Assembly: GCA_040954595.2 (NCBI GenBank)
Contig: CM082583.2
Span: forward strand, 32,542-96,541
Length of the DNA: 64,000 nucleotides
DNA from: Balanoglossus misakiensis
Lineage: Eukaryota > Animalia > Hemichordata
Direction: 5' to 3'
Shown here: piece after piece, positions 1 to 12,100 of the stretch
Position numbering within the stretch: position 1 is the stretch's first letter
How the letters are laid out: the number at the start of each line of letters is the position of its first letter
Notes under the pieces: generated by a model
Seen by the model: only the letters and a program-made list of their open reading frames with translations
What the model was told of the DNA's origin: nothing
Database searches by the model: none
Position numbers and translations under genes: made by a program

Positions 1-2441
1 AACCCTAACCCTAACCCTAACCCTAACCCTAACCCTAACCCTAACCCTAACCCTAACCCAACCCTAACCCTAACCCTAACCCTAACCCTAACCTAACCCT
101 AACCCTAACCTAACCCGAACCCTAACCCCTAACCCCTAACCTAACCCTAACCCTAACCCTAACCCTAACCCTAACCCTAACCCTAACCCTAACCCTAACC
201 CCTAACCCTAACCCTAACCCTAACCCTAACCCTAACCCTAACCCTAACCCTAACCCCTAACCCTAACCCTAACCCTAACCCTAACCCTAACCCTAACCCT
301 AACCCTAACCCTAACCCTAACCCTAACCCTAACCCTAACCCTAACCCTAACCCCTAACCCTAACCCTAACCTAACCCTAACCCTAACCCTAACCCTAACC
401 CTAACCCTAACCCTAACCCTAACCATAACCCTAACCCTAACCCTAACCCTACCCTAACCCTAACCCTAACCCTAACCCTAACCCTAACCCTAACCCTAAC
501 CCTAACCCTAACCCTAACCCTAACCCTACATACCCTAACCCTAACCCTAACCCTAACCCTAACCCTAACCCTAACCCTAACCCTAACCCTAACCCTAACC
601 CTAACCCCTAACCCTAATCCCTAACCCTAACCCTAACCCTAACCCTAACCCTAACCCTAACCCTAACCCTAACCCTAACCCTAACCCTAACCTAACCCTA
701 ACCCTAACCCTAACCCTAACCCTAAACCCCTAAACCTAACCCTAACCCTAACCCTAACCCTAACCCTAACCCTAACCCTAACCCTAACCCTAACCCTAAC
801 CCTAACCCAACCCTAACCCTACCCTAACCCTAACCCTAACCCTAACCCTAACCCTAACCCTAACCCTAACCCTAACCCTAACCCTAACCCTAACCCGAAC
901 CCTAACCCCTAACCCTAACCCTAACCCTAACCCTAACCCTAACCTAACCCTAACCCTAACCCTAACCCTAACCCTAACCCTTAACCCTAACCCTAACCCT
1001 AACCCTAACCCTAAACCTTAACCCTAACCCTAACCCTAACCCTAACCCTAACCCTAACCTAACCCTAACCCTAACCCTAACCCTAACCCACCCCTACTAA
1101 CCCTAACCCTAACCCTAACCCTAACCCTAACCCTAACCCTAACCCTAACCCTAACCCTAACCCTAACCCTAACCCTAACCCTAACCCTAACCCTAACCCT
1201 AACCCTAACCTAACCCTAACCCTAACCCTAACCCTAACCCTAACCCTAACCCTAACCCTAACCCTAACCCTAACCCTAACCCTAACCCTAACCCTAACCC
1301 CTAACCCTAACCCTAACCCTAACCCTAACCCTAACCCTAACCCTACCCTAACCCTAACCCTAACCCTAACCCCCCTAACCCTAACCCTAACCCTAACCCT
1401 AACCCTAACCCTAACCCTAACCCTAACCCTAACCCTAACCCTAACCCTAACCCTAACCCTAACCCTAACCCTAACCCTAACCCTAACCCTAACCCTAACC
1501 CTAACCCTAACCCTAACCCTAACCCTAACCCTAACCCTAACCCTAACCCTAACCCTAACCCTAACCCTAACCCTAACCCTAACCCTAACCCTAACCCTAA
1601 CCCTAACCCTAACCCTAACCCCTAACCCTAACCCTAACCCTAACCCTAACCCTAACCCTAACCCTAACCCTAACCCTAACCCTAACCCTAACCCTAACCC
1701 TAACCCTAACCCTAACCCTAACCCTAACCCTAACCCTAACCCTAACCCTAACCCTAACCCTAACCCTAACCCTAACCCTAACCCTAACCCTAACCCTAAC
1801 CCTAACCCTAACCCTAACCCTAACCCTAACCCTAACCCTAACCCTAACCCTAACCCTAACCCTAACCCTAACCCTAACCCTAACCCTAACCCTAACCCTA
1901 ACCCTAACCCTAACCCTAACCCTAACCCTAACCCTAACCCTAACCCTAACCCTAACCCTAACCCTAACCCTAACCCTAACCCTAACCCTAACCCTAACCC
2001 TAACCCTAACCCTAACCCTAACCCTAACCCTAACCCTAACCCTAACCCTAACCCTAACCCTAACCCTAACCCTAACCCTAACCCTAACCCTAACCCTAAC
2101 CCTAACCCTAACCCTAACCCTAACCCTAACCCTAACCCTAACCCTAACCCTAACCCTAACCCTAACCCTAACCCTAACCCTAACCCTAACCCTAACCCTA
2201 ACCCTAACCCTAACCCTAACCCTAACCCTAACCCTAACCCTAACCCTAACCCTAACCCTAACCCTAACCCTAACCCTAACCCTAACCCTAACCCTAACCC
2301 TAACCCTAACCCTAACCCTAACCCTAACCCTAACCCTAACCCTAACCCTAACCCTAACCCTAACCCTAACCCTAACCCTAACCCTAACCCTAACCCTAAC
2401 CCTAACCCTAACCCTAACCCTAACCCTAACCCTAACCCTAA

Positions 2442-2579
2442 CCCCAACCCCAACCCCAACCCCAACCCCAACCCCAACCCCAACCCCAACCCCAACCCCA
2501 ACCCCAACCCCAACCCCAACCCCAACCCCAACCCCAACCCCAACCCCAACCCCAACCCCAACCCCAACCCCAACCCCAA
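2442..2579 (-). repeat. Telomere variant block (CCCCAA)x23 = TTGGGG
   Basis: 138 bp of uninterrupted CCCCAA between canonical repeats. Confidence 0.95.
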
Positions 2580-2687
2580 CCCTAACCCTAACCCTAACCC
2601 TAACCCTAACCCTAACCCTAACCCTAACCCTAACCCTAACCCTAACCCTAACCCTAACCCTAACCCTAACCCTAACCCTAACCCTAA

Positions 2688-2791
2688 CCCCTAACCCTAA
2701 CCCCTAACCCTAACCCCTAACCCTAACCCCTAACCCTAACCCCTAACCCTAACCCCTAACCCTAACCCCTAACCCTAACCCCTAACCCTAA
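2688..2791 (-). repeat. Telomere variant block: 13-bp unit (CCCCTAA CCCTAA)x8
   Basis: Strict alternation, with units starting at 2688, 2701, 2714 ... 2779. Confidence 0.9.
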
Positions 2792-2797
2792 CCCTAA

Positions 2798-5700
2798 AGT
2801 ATAATGGTCAAAGGGTCAAGGGTCAAAAGTCAAGGGTCAAAGGTCAACATTAAAAGTTAGATTTGAAGGGTCAAAGGTCATGGGTTAGAGTTCAAAGTTC
2901 AAAAAGTTTGAGTTTAGGGTCAAGGGGCAAGGGTTGAAGGGTCAAAGGTCAAGGGTTGGATTTCATAAGTATGAGATCAAGAATCAAGGAGTCAAGGGGC
3001 AATGGTCAAGGGTTAGAGTTGAACGGTCAAAGGTTCAAGGTTCAAGTGTCAGAGGTCAAGGTTCAAGGGTCAAGGGACCAAGAGTCAGTCGCCATGTATT
3101 AGAGTTTAATGGTCAAGTGATAGAGTTCAAGGGTCAAAGGTTGTAGTTCAAGAGTCAAGGTCAAGGGTTAGAGTTCAAAGGTTAAAAAGTTTGAGTTAAG
3201 GGGTCAAGGGTTGATGGGTCAAAGGTCAAGGGTTAAGGATTAGAGTTCAAGAGTTGGAGATCAAGGATCAAGGGGTCAAGGGTCAAGGATGAGAGTTGAA
3301 GGCTCAACAGTCTGACCAAGTATTAGAGTTCAAGGGTCAAAGGTTATAGTTCAAGGGTCAAGGGTTGAAGGGTCAAAGGTCAAGGGTTAGAGTTCAAGAG
3401 TTGGACATCAGGGATCAAAGGGTCAAGGGTCAAAGGTCAAGTGTCAAAGGTCACGGTTAAAAAGTTAGATTTGAAGGGTCAAAGGTCAAGGGGTAGAGTT
3501 CAAGATTTGGAGATCAAGGATCAAGGGGTCAAGGGTCAAGGATTAAAGTTAAAGGGTCAAAGGGTCAAGGGTCAAAGGTCAAAGGTCAATGTTAAAAGTT
3601 AGATTTGAGTCAAAGGTCAAGGGTTAACGTTCAAAGTTCAAAAAGTATGAGTTAAGGGTCAAGGGGCGAGGGTTGAAGGGTTAAAGGTCAAGGGTTGGAT
3701 TTCATGAGTTGGAGATCAAGGCTCAAGGGGTCAAGGGTCAAGGGTCAAGTTTTAGAGTTGAAGGGTCAAAGGATTGACCAAGGATTAGAGTTCAAGGGTC
3801 AAGGGTTATAGGTCAGGGTTCGAGGGTTGAAGGTTCAAAGGTAAAGGGGTAGAGTTCAAGAGTTGGAGATCAAGGATCAAGGGGTCAAGGGTCAAGGATT
3901 AAAGTTCAAGGGTCAAAGGTTCAAGGGTCAAAGGTCAAAGGTCAAGGTTAAAAGTTAGATTTGAAGGGTCAAAGGTCAAAGGTTAGTGTTCAAAGTTCAA
4001 AATGTTTGAGTTAAGTGTCAAGGGGCAGGGGTTGAAGAGTCAAAGGTCAAGGGTTTCATTTCATAAGTTGGATATTAAGGATCAAGGGGGTCTAGGGTCA
4101 AGGATAAGAGTTGAAGTTCAACGGTCTGACCACCAATGATTAGAGTTCAAGTGTCATTGGTTATAGGTCAGGGGTCAAGGGTTAAAGGTCAAAGGTCAAG
4201 GGTTATAGTTCAAGAGTTGGATATCAATGATCAAGGGGTCAAGTATTAAAGTATTAAGGGCCAAAGGGTCAAGGGTCAAGGGTCAAAAGTCAAGGGTCAA
4301 AGGTCAAGATTAAAAGTTAGATTTGAAGGGTCAAAGGTCATGGGTTAGAGTTCAAAGTTCAAAAAGTTTGAGTTTAGGGTCAAGGGGCTAGGGTTGAAGG
4401 GTCAAAGGTCAAGGGTTGGATTTCATAAGTTGGCGATCAAGAATCAAGGAGTCAAGGGGCAAGGGTCAAGGGTTAGAGTTGAAAGGTCAAAGGTTCAAGG
4501 TTCAAGTGTCAGAGGTCAAGGTTCAAGGGTCAAGGGACCAAGAGTCAGTCGCCATGTATTAGAGTTTAATGGTCAAGTGATAGAGTTCAAGGGTCAAAGG
4601 TTGTAGTTCAAGAGTCAAAGGTCAAGGGTTAGAGTTCAAAGGTTAAAAAATTTGAGTTAAGGGGTCAAGGGTTGATGGGTCAAAGGTCAATGGTTAAGGA
4701 TTAGAGTTCAAGAGTTGGAGATCAAGGATCAAGGGGTCAAGGGTCAAGGATTAGAGTTCAAGAGTTGGAGATCAGGGATCTAAGGGTCAAGGGTCAAAGG
4801 TCAAGGGTCAAAGGTCACGGTTAAAAGTTAGATTTGAAGGGTCAAAGGTCAAGGGGTAGAGTTCAAGATTTGGAGATCAAGGATCAAGGGGTCAAGGGTC
4901 AAGGATTAAAGTTCAAGGGTCAAAGGGTCAAGGGGCAAGGGTCAAAGGTCAATGTTAAAAGTTTGATTTGAGTCAAAGGTCAAGGGTTGGATTTCATGAG
5001 TTGGAGATCAAGGATCAAGGGGTCAAGGGTCAAGGGTCAAGGGTCAAGGGTTGGAGTTCATGGGTCAAAGGTTCAATGGCCAGAGTCCAAGGTTCAAGGG
5101 GTCAAGAGTTAGAGTTCAAGAGTTGGAGATCGAGGGTCATGGGGTCAAGGGTAAGAGCTCAAGGGTCAAGGGTTAGAGTTCATGGGTCAAAGGTTCAATG
5201 GTTAGAGTCCAAGGTGGATATCAATGATCAAGGGGTCAAGTATTAAAGTATTAAGGGCCAAAGGGTCAAGGGTCAAGGGTCAAAAGTCAAGGGTCAAAGG
5301 TCAAGATTAAAAGTTAAATTTGAAGGGTCAAAGGTCATGGGTTAGAGTTCAAAGTTCAAAAAGTGTGAGTTTAGGGTCAAGGGGCAAGGGTTGAAGGGTC
5401 AAAGGTCAAGGGTTGGATTTCATAAGTTGGAGATCAAGAATCAAGGAGTCAAGGGGCAAGGGTCAAGGGTTACAGTTGAAAGGTCAAAGGTTCAAGGTTC
5501 AAGTGTCAGAGGTCAAGGTTCAAGGGTCAAGGGACCAAGAGTCAGTCGCCATGTATTAGAGTTTAATGGTCAAGTGATAGAGTTCAAGGGTCAAAGGTTG
5601 TAGTTCAAGAGTCAAAGGTCAAGGGTTAGAGTTCAAAGGTTAAAAAATTTGAGTTAAGGGGTCAAGGGTTGATGGGTCAAAGGTCAATGGTTAAGGATTA

Positions 5701-6900
5701 GAGTTCAAGAGTTGGAGATCAAGGATCAAGGGGTCAAGGGTCAAGGATTAGAGTTCAAGAGTTGGAGATCAGGGATCTAAGGGTCAAGGGTCAAAGGTCA
5801 AGGGTCAAAGGTCACGGTTAAAAGTTAGATTTGAAGGGTCAAAGGTCAAGGGGTAGAGTTCAAGATTTGGAGATCAAGGATCAAGGGGTCAAGGGTCAAG
5901 GATTAAAGTTCAAGGGTCAAAGGGTCAAGGGGCAAGGGTCAAAGGTCAATGTTAAAAGTTTGATTTGAGTCAAAGGTCAAGGGTTGGATTTCATGAGTTG
6001 GAGATCAAGGATCAAGGGGTCAAGGGTCAAGGGTCAAGGGTTGGAGTTCATGGGTCAAAGGTTCAATGGCCAGAGTCCAAGGTTCAAGGGGTCAAGAGTT
6101 AGAGTTCAAGAGTTGGAGATCGAGGGTCATGGGGTCAAGGGTAAGAGCTCAAGGGTCAAGGGTTAGAGTTCATGGGTCAAAGGTTCAATGGTTAGAGTCC
6201 AAGGTGGATATCAATGATCAAGGGGTCAAGTATTAAAGTATTAAGGGCCAAAGGGTCAAGGGTCAAGGGTCAAAAGTCAAGGGTCAAAGGTCAAGATTAA
6301 AAGTTAAATTTGAAGGGTCAAAGGTCATGGGTTAGAGTTCAAAGTTCAAAAAGTGTGAGTTTAGGGTCAAGGGGCAAGGGTTGAAGGGTCAAAGGTCAAG
6401 GGTTGGATTTCATAAGTTGGAGATTAAGAATCAAGGAGTCAAGGGGCAAGGGTCAAGGGTTAGAGTTCAAAGGTCAAAGGTTCAAGGGTCAAGGGTCAGA
6501 GGTCAAGGTTCAAGGGTCAAGGGACCAAGAGTCAGTTGCCATGTATTAGAGTTTAATTGTCAAGTGATAGAGTTCAAGGGTTAAAGGTTGTAGTTCAAGA
6601 GTCAAAGGTCAAGGTTTAGAGTTCAAAGGTTAAAAAGTTTGAGTTAAGGGGTCAAAAGTTGATGGGTCAAAGGTCAAGGGTTAAGGATTAGAGTTCAAGA
6701 GTTTGAGATCAAGGATCAAGGGTTCAAGGGTCAAGGATTAGAGTTGAAGGCTCAACAGTCTGACCAAGTATTAGAGTTCTAGGGTCAAAGGTTATAGTTC
6801 AAGGGTCAAGGGTTGAAGGGTCAAAGGTCAAGGGCTAGATTTCAAGAGTTGGAGATCAGGGATCTAAGGGTCAAGGATTAGAGTTGATGTGTCAAAGGGT
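2798..6900 (+). repeat. Satellite A, distal block: degenerate 7-mer (GGGTCAA/AGGTCAA/GGGTTAG/AGTTCAA), G-rich on +, with ~1-kb higher-order units
   Basis: 7-bp periodicity throughout; near-identical translated segments start at 2934, 4394, 5391 and 6381 (spacings 1460, 997, 990). Confidence 0.95.
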
Positions 6901-7620
6901 CTTTACCCCAATGTATTCCCACTAGCCCCCCTCCCATCTCCACCCTGGCCTCCTTCACCAAAACCGCACCAGACCCATAATGCCTCTATCTCTTACACCA
7001 CACCTTACACCCACCCCAACTTGTAACACTTGACTTAAAGATTGGCATCCAAATCCAAACTCTACCACTGCTACTCCAACAATACAACATCAGGACTCTA
7101 TTACAAACCAAAACCTACCAATTATAGCAAATACACGACCAAAGATTTGATCCCATATATCATCATTCCACACTCATCGCGAATCCTTACTGGAACCCCA
7201 TTATAACCGACCCAATCCATTCCTTACCTCAAACCTCACCCCGAAGTCAATCCCAGAATTGAACTCTTAAAAAATATTACTCAAACACCAATCACCGATC
7301 AAACTCCAAATATCAACTAAGGCTCACTACCTTGTCAGCTATCACCACAACCAGCCAACTTTAACCCAACATATTCCCATGCCGCACAAAACCCACCACA
7401 CATTTAAATCCTGGAAGTCACCCAACCTATCATAACTCTAACATCCCAAACCAAATCAAAATTGACCTAACCCAATCATAACCAAATACTCGAAGACCAT
7501 CCAAAAAACTCTTAACGTAAAGATTGGCATAAATCCAAATGCATACCCAACTAAACAACACCAAAACGCTATTACGAACCAAAACCTACAATTTTTATAC
7601 ATGACCAAAGATCCTAACCA
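6901..7620 (+). repeat. Satellite B, distal block (a little over one rearranged unit), C-rich on +
   Basis: caccctggcctccttcaccaaaaccgcacc and the following motifs are the reverse complement of the array at 16575-19800. Confidence 0.9.
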
Positions 7621-7679
7621 TGGAAGAACTCACTTCTGTCAATAATACAAACTCCTACTAATTCTCTCTGCCAGCTATT

Positions 7680-9160
7680 TCATAAAATGTATTTATTTAG
7701 GCTTCAAAACAATGGAAATTAACATGAATCATCTTTTTGAAAGTTGCAGGTATTAATATATCATTTTGAATTCAAAAACAACCTACTTTTAGGCTTAAAA
7801 CATTGAAATCAATTTTTTTTCGAAAATAGTATAAAACACCCTCATTTGGATAAAAAAAAACTATTTAATACGATATAAAATGATGTTATATGCACATTGT
7901 ATATTTTGAAAAAAATATGATTAAATAAACAATCGATACATAAATACACGCATATTTAAAGCTCTTATACAGTAATATATAATTCTTAAACCTTTCTTTG
8001 TATATATGATAAAAAACTAATTATTTGGGAATGAAAACTGTTTAAAAAGATAGTAAAACAATGCTTGTTCCATATTTCAGGTTTTAAATAAAAATGATCC
8101 GTAAAGCATTTTAGAGTTAAATACAAACTTATTTAGGCATAAAAAGCACCCTGAGATCATTATTAAACCCGTCTTTGAAATTTGATATAAAACGCATTAT
8201 TTTTCACTTAAAGGGTTTAATTCGGTATAAAATCGTTTTTATTCACATTGATTACTTCAAATGAAAATGTTTTAACAAGCGATTTCAACATGAATGCAAC
8301 ATGATTAAAGGTTTCAGAACACTTTAAAATCATTCTAAATCATTTCTTTGAATATGCTACAAAACAACCATTAATTTGTGCACAAAAACTTTAAATACAA
8401 TACTAAAACGATATTTGGTTCATAACGCACTTTTAAATAAAAAATTATTAGATAATGATTTCAAATTCAAAAACACCCAATATTTTTAGGCTTGCGAATT
8501 ATTTTCATCAGAAAATATAATAAACTCCCAAAACTGATATAAAATAGATGTTTTGATTCGTATATGTATTGAATATTAATCAAATAAGCCAAAATTAAGT
8601 TTTTAATATGAAAATGATTTAATAAGCATTTCCAATATAAATGTTTTGCTTATCATTCTAAAGTCTCTTTTGAATGTATTACAAAATAACATTATTTGGC
8701 AAGAAAACTGCTCAATACGATACTAAAAACGTTGTTAGTTTCATATCGCATGTATTAAATGAAAACGATTCAATAAGCATTTTAAATTCAAAACCACTTA
8801 TTTAGGCTATAAAACAATGTGGGGTCATTATTAAAAACCTTTTTGAAATTTTTTTCTATGACACGCTTTAATTTTTCACAAAAAATGTTTAATACCTTAT
8901 AAAATCAATGTCATATTCACAAAGCGTATGTTTAACGGAAATGATTTAACAAGCAATTTCTATATATTTACATCCCTATTTAAGCCTTTGGAAAACTGTT
9001 TAATGATTATAAAACCTTTCTTTGAACATAACATAAAACATAAATACACGCATATTTAAAGCTCTAATACAGTAATATATAATTCTTAAACGTTTCTTTT
9101 TATATATGATAAAAAACTCATTATTTGGGAATGAAAACTGTTTAAAACGATACTAAAACA
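7680..9160 (+). repeat. Satellite C, distal block (about one AT-rich unit)
   Basis: Reverse complement of the 9161-16400 array, e.g. gcgatttcaacatgaatgcaacatg near 8280 versus catgttgcattcatgttgaaatcgc. Confidence 0.9.
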
Positions 9161-12100
9161 TGTTCATGTTGAAATCGCTTGTTAAAACATTTTCATTTGA
9201 AGTAAACAATGTGAATAAAACGATTTTATACCGAATTAAACCCTTTAAGTGAAAAATAATGCGTTTCATATCAAATTTCAAAGACGGGTTAAATAATGAT
9301 CTCAGGGTGTTTTTTATGCTAAATAAGTTTGTTATTAACTTTAAAATGCTTTACGGATCATTTTTTTTTAAAACCTGAAATATGGAACAAGCATTGCTTT
9401 AGTATCGTTTTTTAAACAGTTTTCATTGCCAAATAATTAGTTTTTTATCATTTATACAAAGAAAGGTTTAAGAATTATATATTACTGTATTAGAGCTTTA
9501 AATATGCGTGTATTTATGTATCGATTGTTTATTTAATCATATTTTTTTCAAAATATACAATGTGCATATAACATCATTTTATAGCGTATTAAATAGTTTT
9601 TTTTTATCAAATGTTCTAACATTGTTTACATGCCTAAATTAGTGTTTTGAAATGTTTCTTGTCTTTTTAGATATAAAAAAGCAATATGGAACAAACATCG
9701 TTTTTTATGTCCTATTGAAAAGTTATATAAAGTGTTTAAAAGCCTTAAATCGAGAGAAAAATTTTAAAAGGAATTTAGAATGTTTATAATACTAAATAAG
9801 GGTGTGTTTGAGTTAAATGTGCGATAAGAAGTTTTCTGGCCCGAATAAAGGATGGTTTTATGTTATGTTCAAAGAAAGGTTTTAGAATGATTTAACAGTT
9901 TTCCAAAGGCTTAAATAGGGGTGTAAATATAAAAAAATTGCTTGTTAAATCATTTCTGTTAAACATACGCTTTGGAATATGACATTGATTCTATAAGGTC
10001 TCAAACATTTTTTGTGAAAAATTAAAGCGTGTTATAGAAAAAAATTTCAAAAAGGTTTTTAAAAATGATCCCACATTGTTTTTTAGCCTGAATAAGTGGT
10101 TTTGAATTTAAAATGCTTATTGAATCGTTTTTATTTAATACATACGATAAGAAACTAATAACGATTTTAGTATCGTTTTGAGCAGTTTTCTTGCCAAATA
10201 ATGTTTTTTTGTAATACATTCAAAAGAGACTTTAGAATGATAAGCAAAACATTTATATTGCTTATTAAATCATTTTCATATTAAAAATTTTATTTTGGCT
10301 TATTTGATTTTTATTCAATACATATACGAATCAAAACATCTATTTTATATCAGTTTTTGGAGTTTATTATATTTTCAGATGAAAATAATTCGCAAGCCTA
10401 AAAATATTGGGTGTTTTTGAATTTGAAATCAGTATCTAATAATTTCTATTTAAAAGTGCGTTATGGACTAAATATTGTTTTAGTATTGCATTTAAAGTTT
10501 TTGTGCACAAATTAATGGTTATTTAGTAGCATATTCAAAGAAATGATTTAGAATGAAAGTGTTCTGAAGCCTTTAATCATGTTGCATTCATGTTGAAATC
10601 GCTTGTTAAAACATTTTCATTTGAAGAAAACAATGTGAATAAAACGATTTTATTCCTAATTAAACCCTTTAAGTGAAAAATAATGCGTTTCATATCAAAT
10701 TTCAAAGACGGGTTAAATAAAGATCTCAGGGTGCTTTTTATGCCTGAATAAGTTTGTATTTAACTTTAAAATGCTTTACGGATCATTTTTATTTAAAACC
10801 TGATATGGAACAAGCATTGTTTTAGTGTCGTTTTAAACAGTTTTCATTCCCAAATAATTAGTTTTTTATCTTAATACAAAGAAAGGTTTAAGAATTACAT
10901 ATTACTGTATTAGAGCTGTAAATATGCGTGCATTTATGTATCGATTGTTTATTTAATCATATTTTTTTCAAAATATACAATGTGCATATAACATCATTTT
11001 ATACCGAATTAAATAGTTTTTTTTATCATATGTTCTAACAGTGTTTACATGCCTAAATTAGTGTTTTGAAATGTTTCTTGTCTTTTTAAATATAAAAAAG
11101 CAATGTGGAACATACATCGTTTTTTATGTCGTATTGAAAAGTTTTCGTGCCAAAATATTGTTTAAGTAATACTTTCAGTGAAAGTTTTTGAATGATTATA
11201 ATGTGTTTAAAAGCCTTAAATCGAGAGAAAATTTTTAATAGGAATTTAGAATGTTTATAATCCTAAATAAGATTGTGTTTGAGTTAAATGTGCGATATGA
11301 AGTTTTTGGGCCCGAATAAAGGATGGTTTTATGTTATGTTCAAAGAAAGGTTTTAGAATGATTTAACAGTTTTCCAAAGGCTTAAATAGTAATGTAAATA
11401 TATAGAAATTGCTTGTTAAATAGTTTCCGTTAAACATACGCTTTGTGAATATGACATTGATTTTATAAGATATTAAACATTTTTTTGAAAAATTAAAGCG
11501 TGTTATAGAAAAAAATTTCAAAAAGGTTTTAAATAATGACCCCACATTGTTTTTTAGCCTAAATAAGTCGTTTTGAATTTAAAATGCTTATTGAATCGTT
11601 TTTATTTAATACATGCGATATGAAACTAACAGCGTTTTTAGTATCGTATTGAGCAGTTTTCTTGTCAAATAATGTTTTTTTGTAATACATTCAAAAGAGA
11701 CTTTAGAATGATAAGCAAAACATTTATATTGGAAATGCTTATTAAATCATTTTCAAATTAAAAACTTAATTTTGGCTTATTTGATTTTTATTCAATACAT
11801 ATACGAATCATAACATCTATTTTATATCAGTTTTTGGAGTTTATTATATTTTCATATGAAAATAATTCGCAAGCCTAGAAATATTGGGTGTTTTTGAATT
11901 TGAAATCAGTATCTAATAATTTCTATTTAAAAGTGCGTTATGGACCAAATATCGTTTTAGTATTGTATTTAAAGTTTTTGTGCACAAATTAATGGTTGTT
12001 TTGTTGCATATTCAAAAAAATGATTTAGAATGATTTTAAAGTGTTCTGAAGCCTTTAATCATGTTGCATTCATGTTAAAATCGCTTGTTAAAACATTTTC

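Larger units (their letters stand above)
1..2797 (-). repeat. Telomeric repeat array (CCCTAA)n / (TTAGGG)n, left chromosome end
   Basis: Continuous CCCTAA from base 1, C-rich strand on + as expected for a left end; last unit ends at 2797. Confidence 0.99.

Noticed and set aside
1-1620. Scattered single-base variants in the distal telomere
   Set aside because: Isolated indels that increase toward the contig end and vanish after about 1620 are most consistent with low-coverage sequencing error.
1083-2579. 498-aa GL/VR dipeptide ORF
   Set aside because: It is the translation of TTAGGG/TTGGGG repeats with a non-ATG start; no evidence of a gene.
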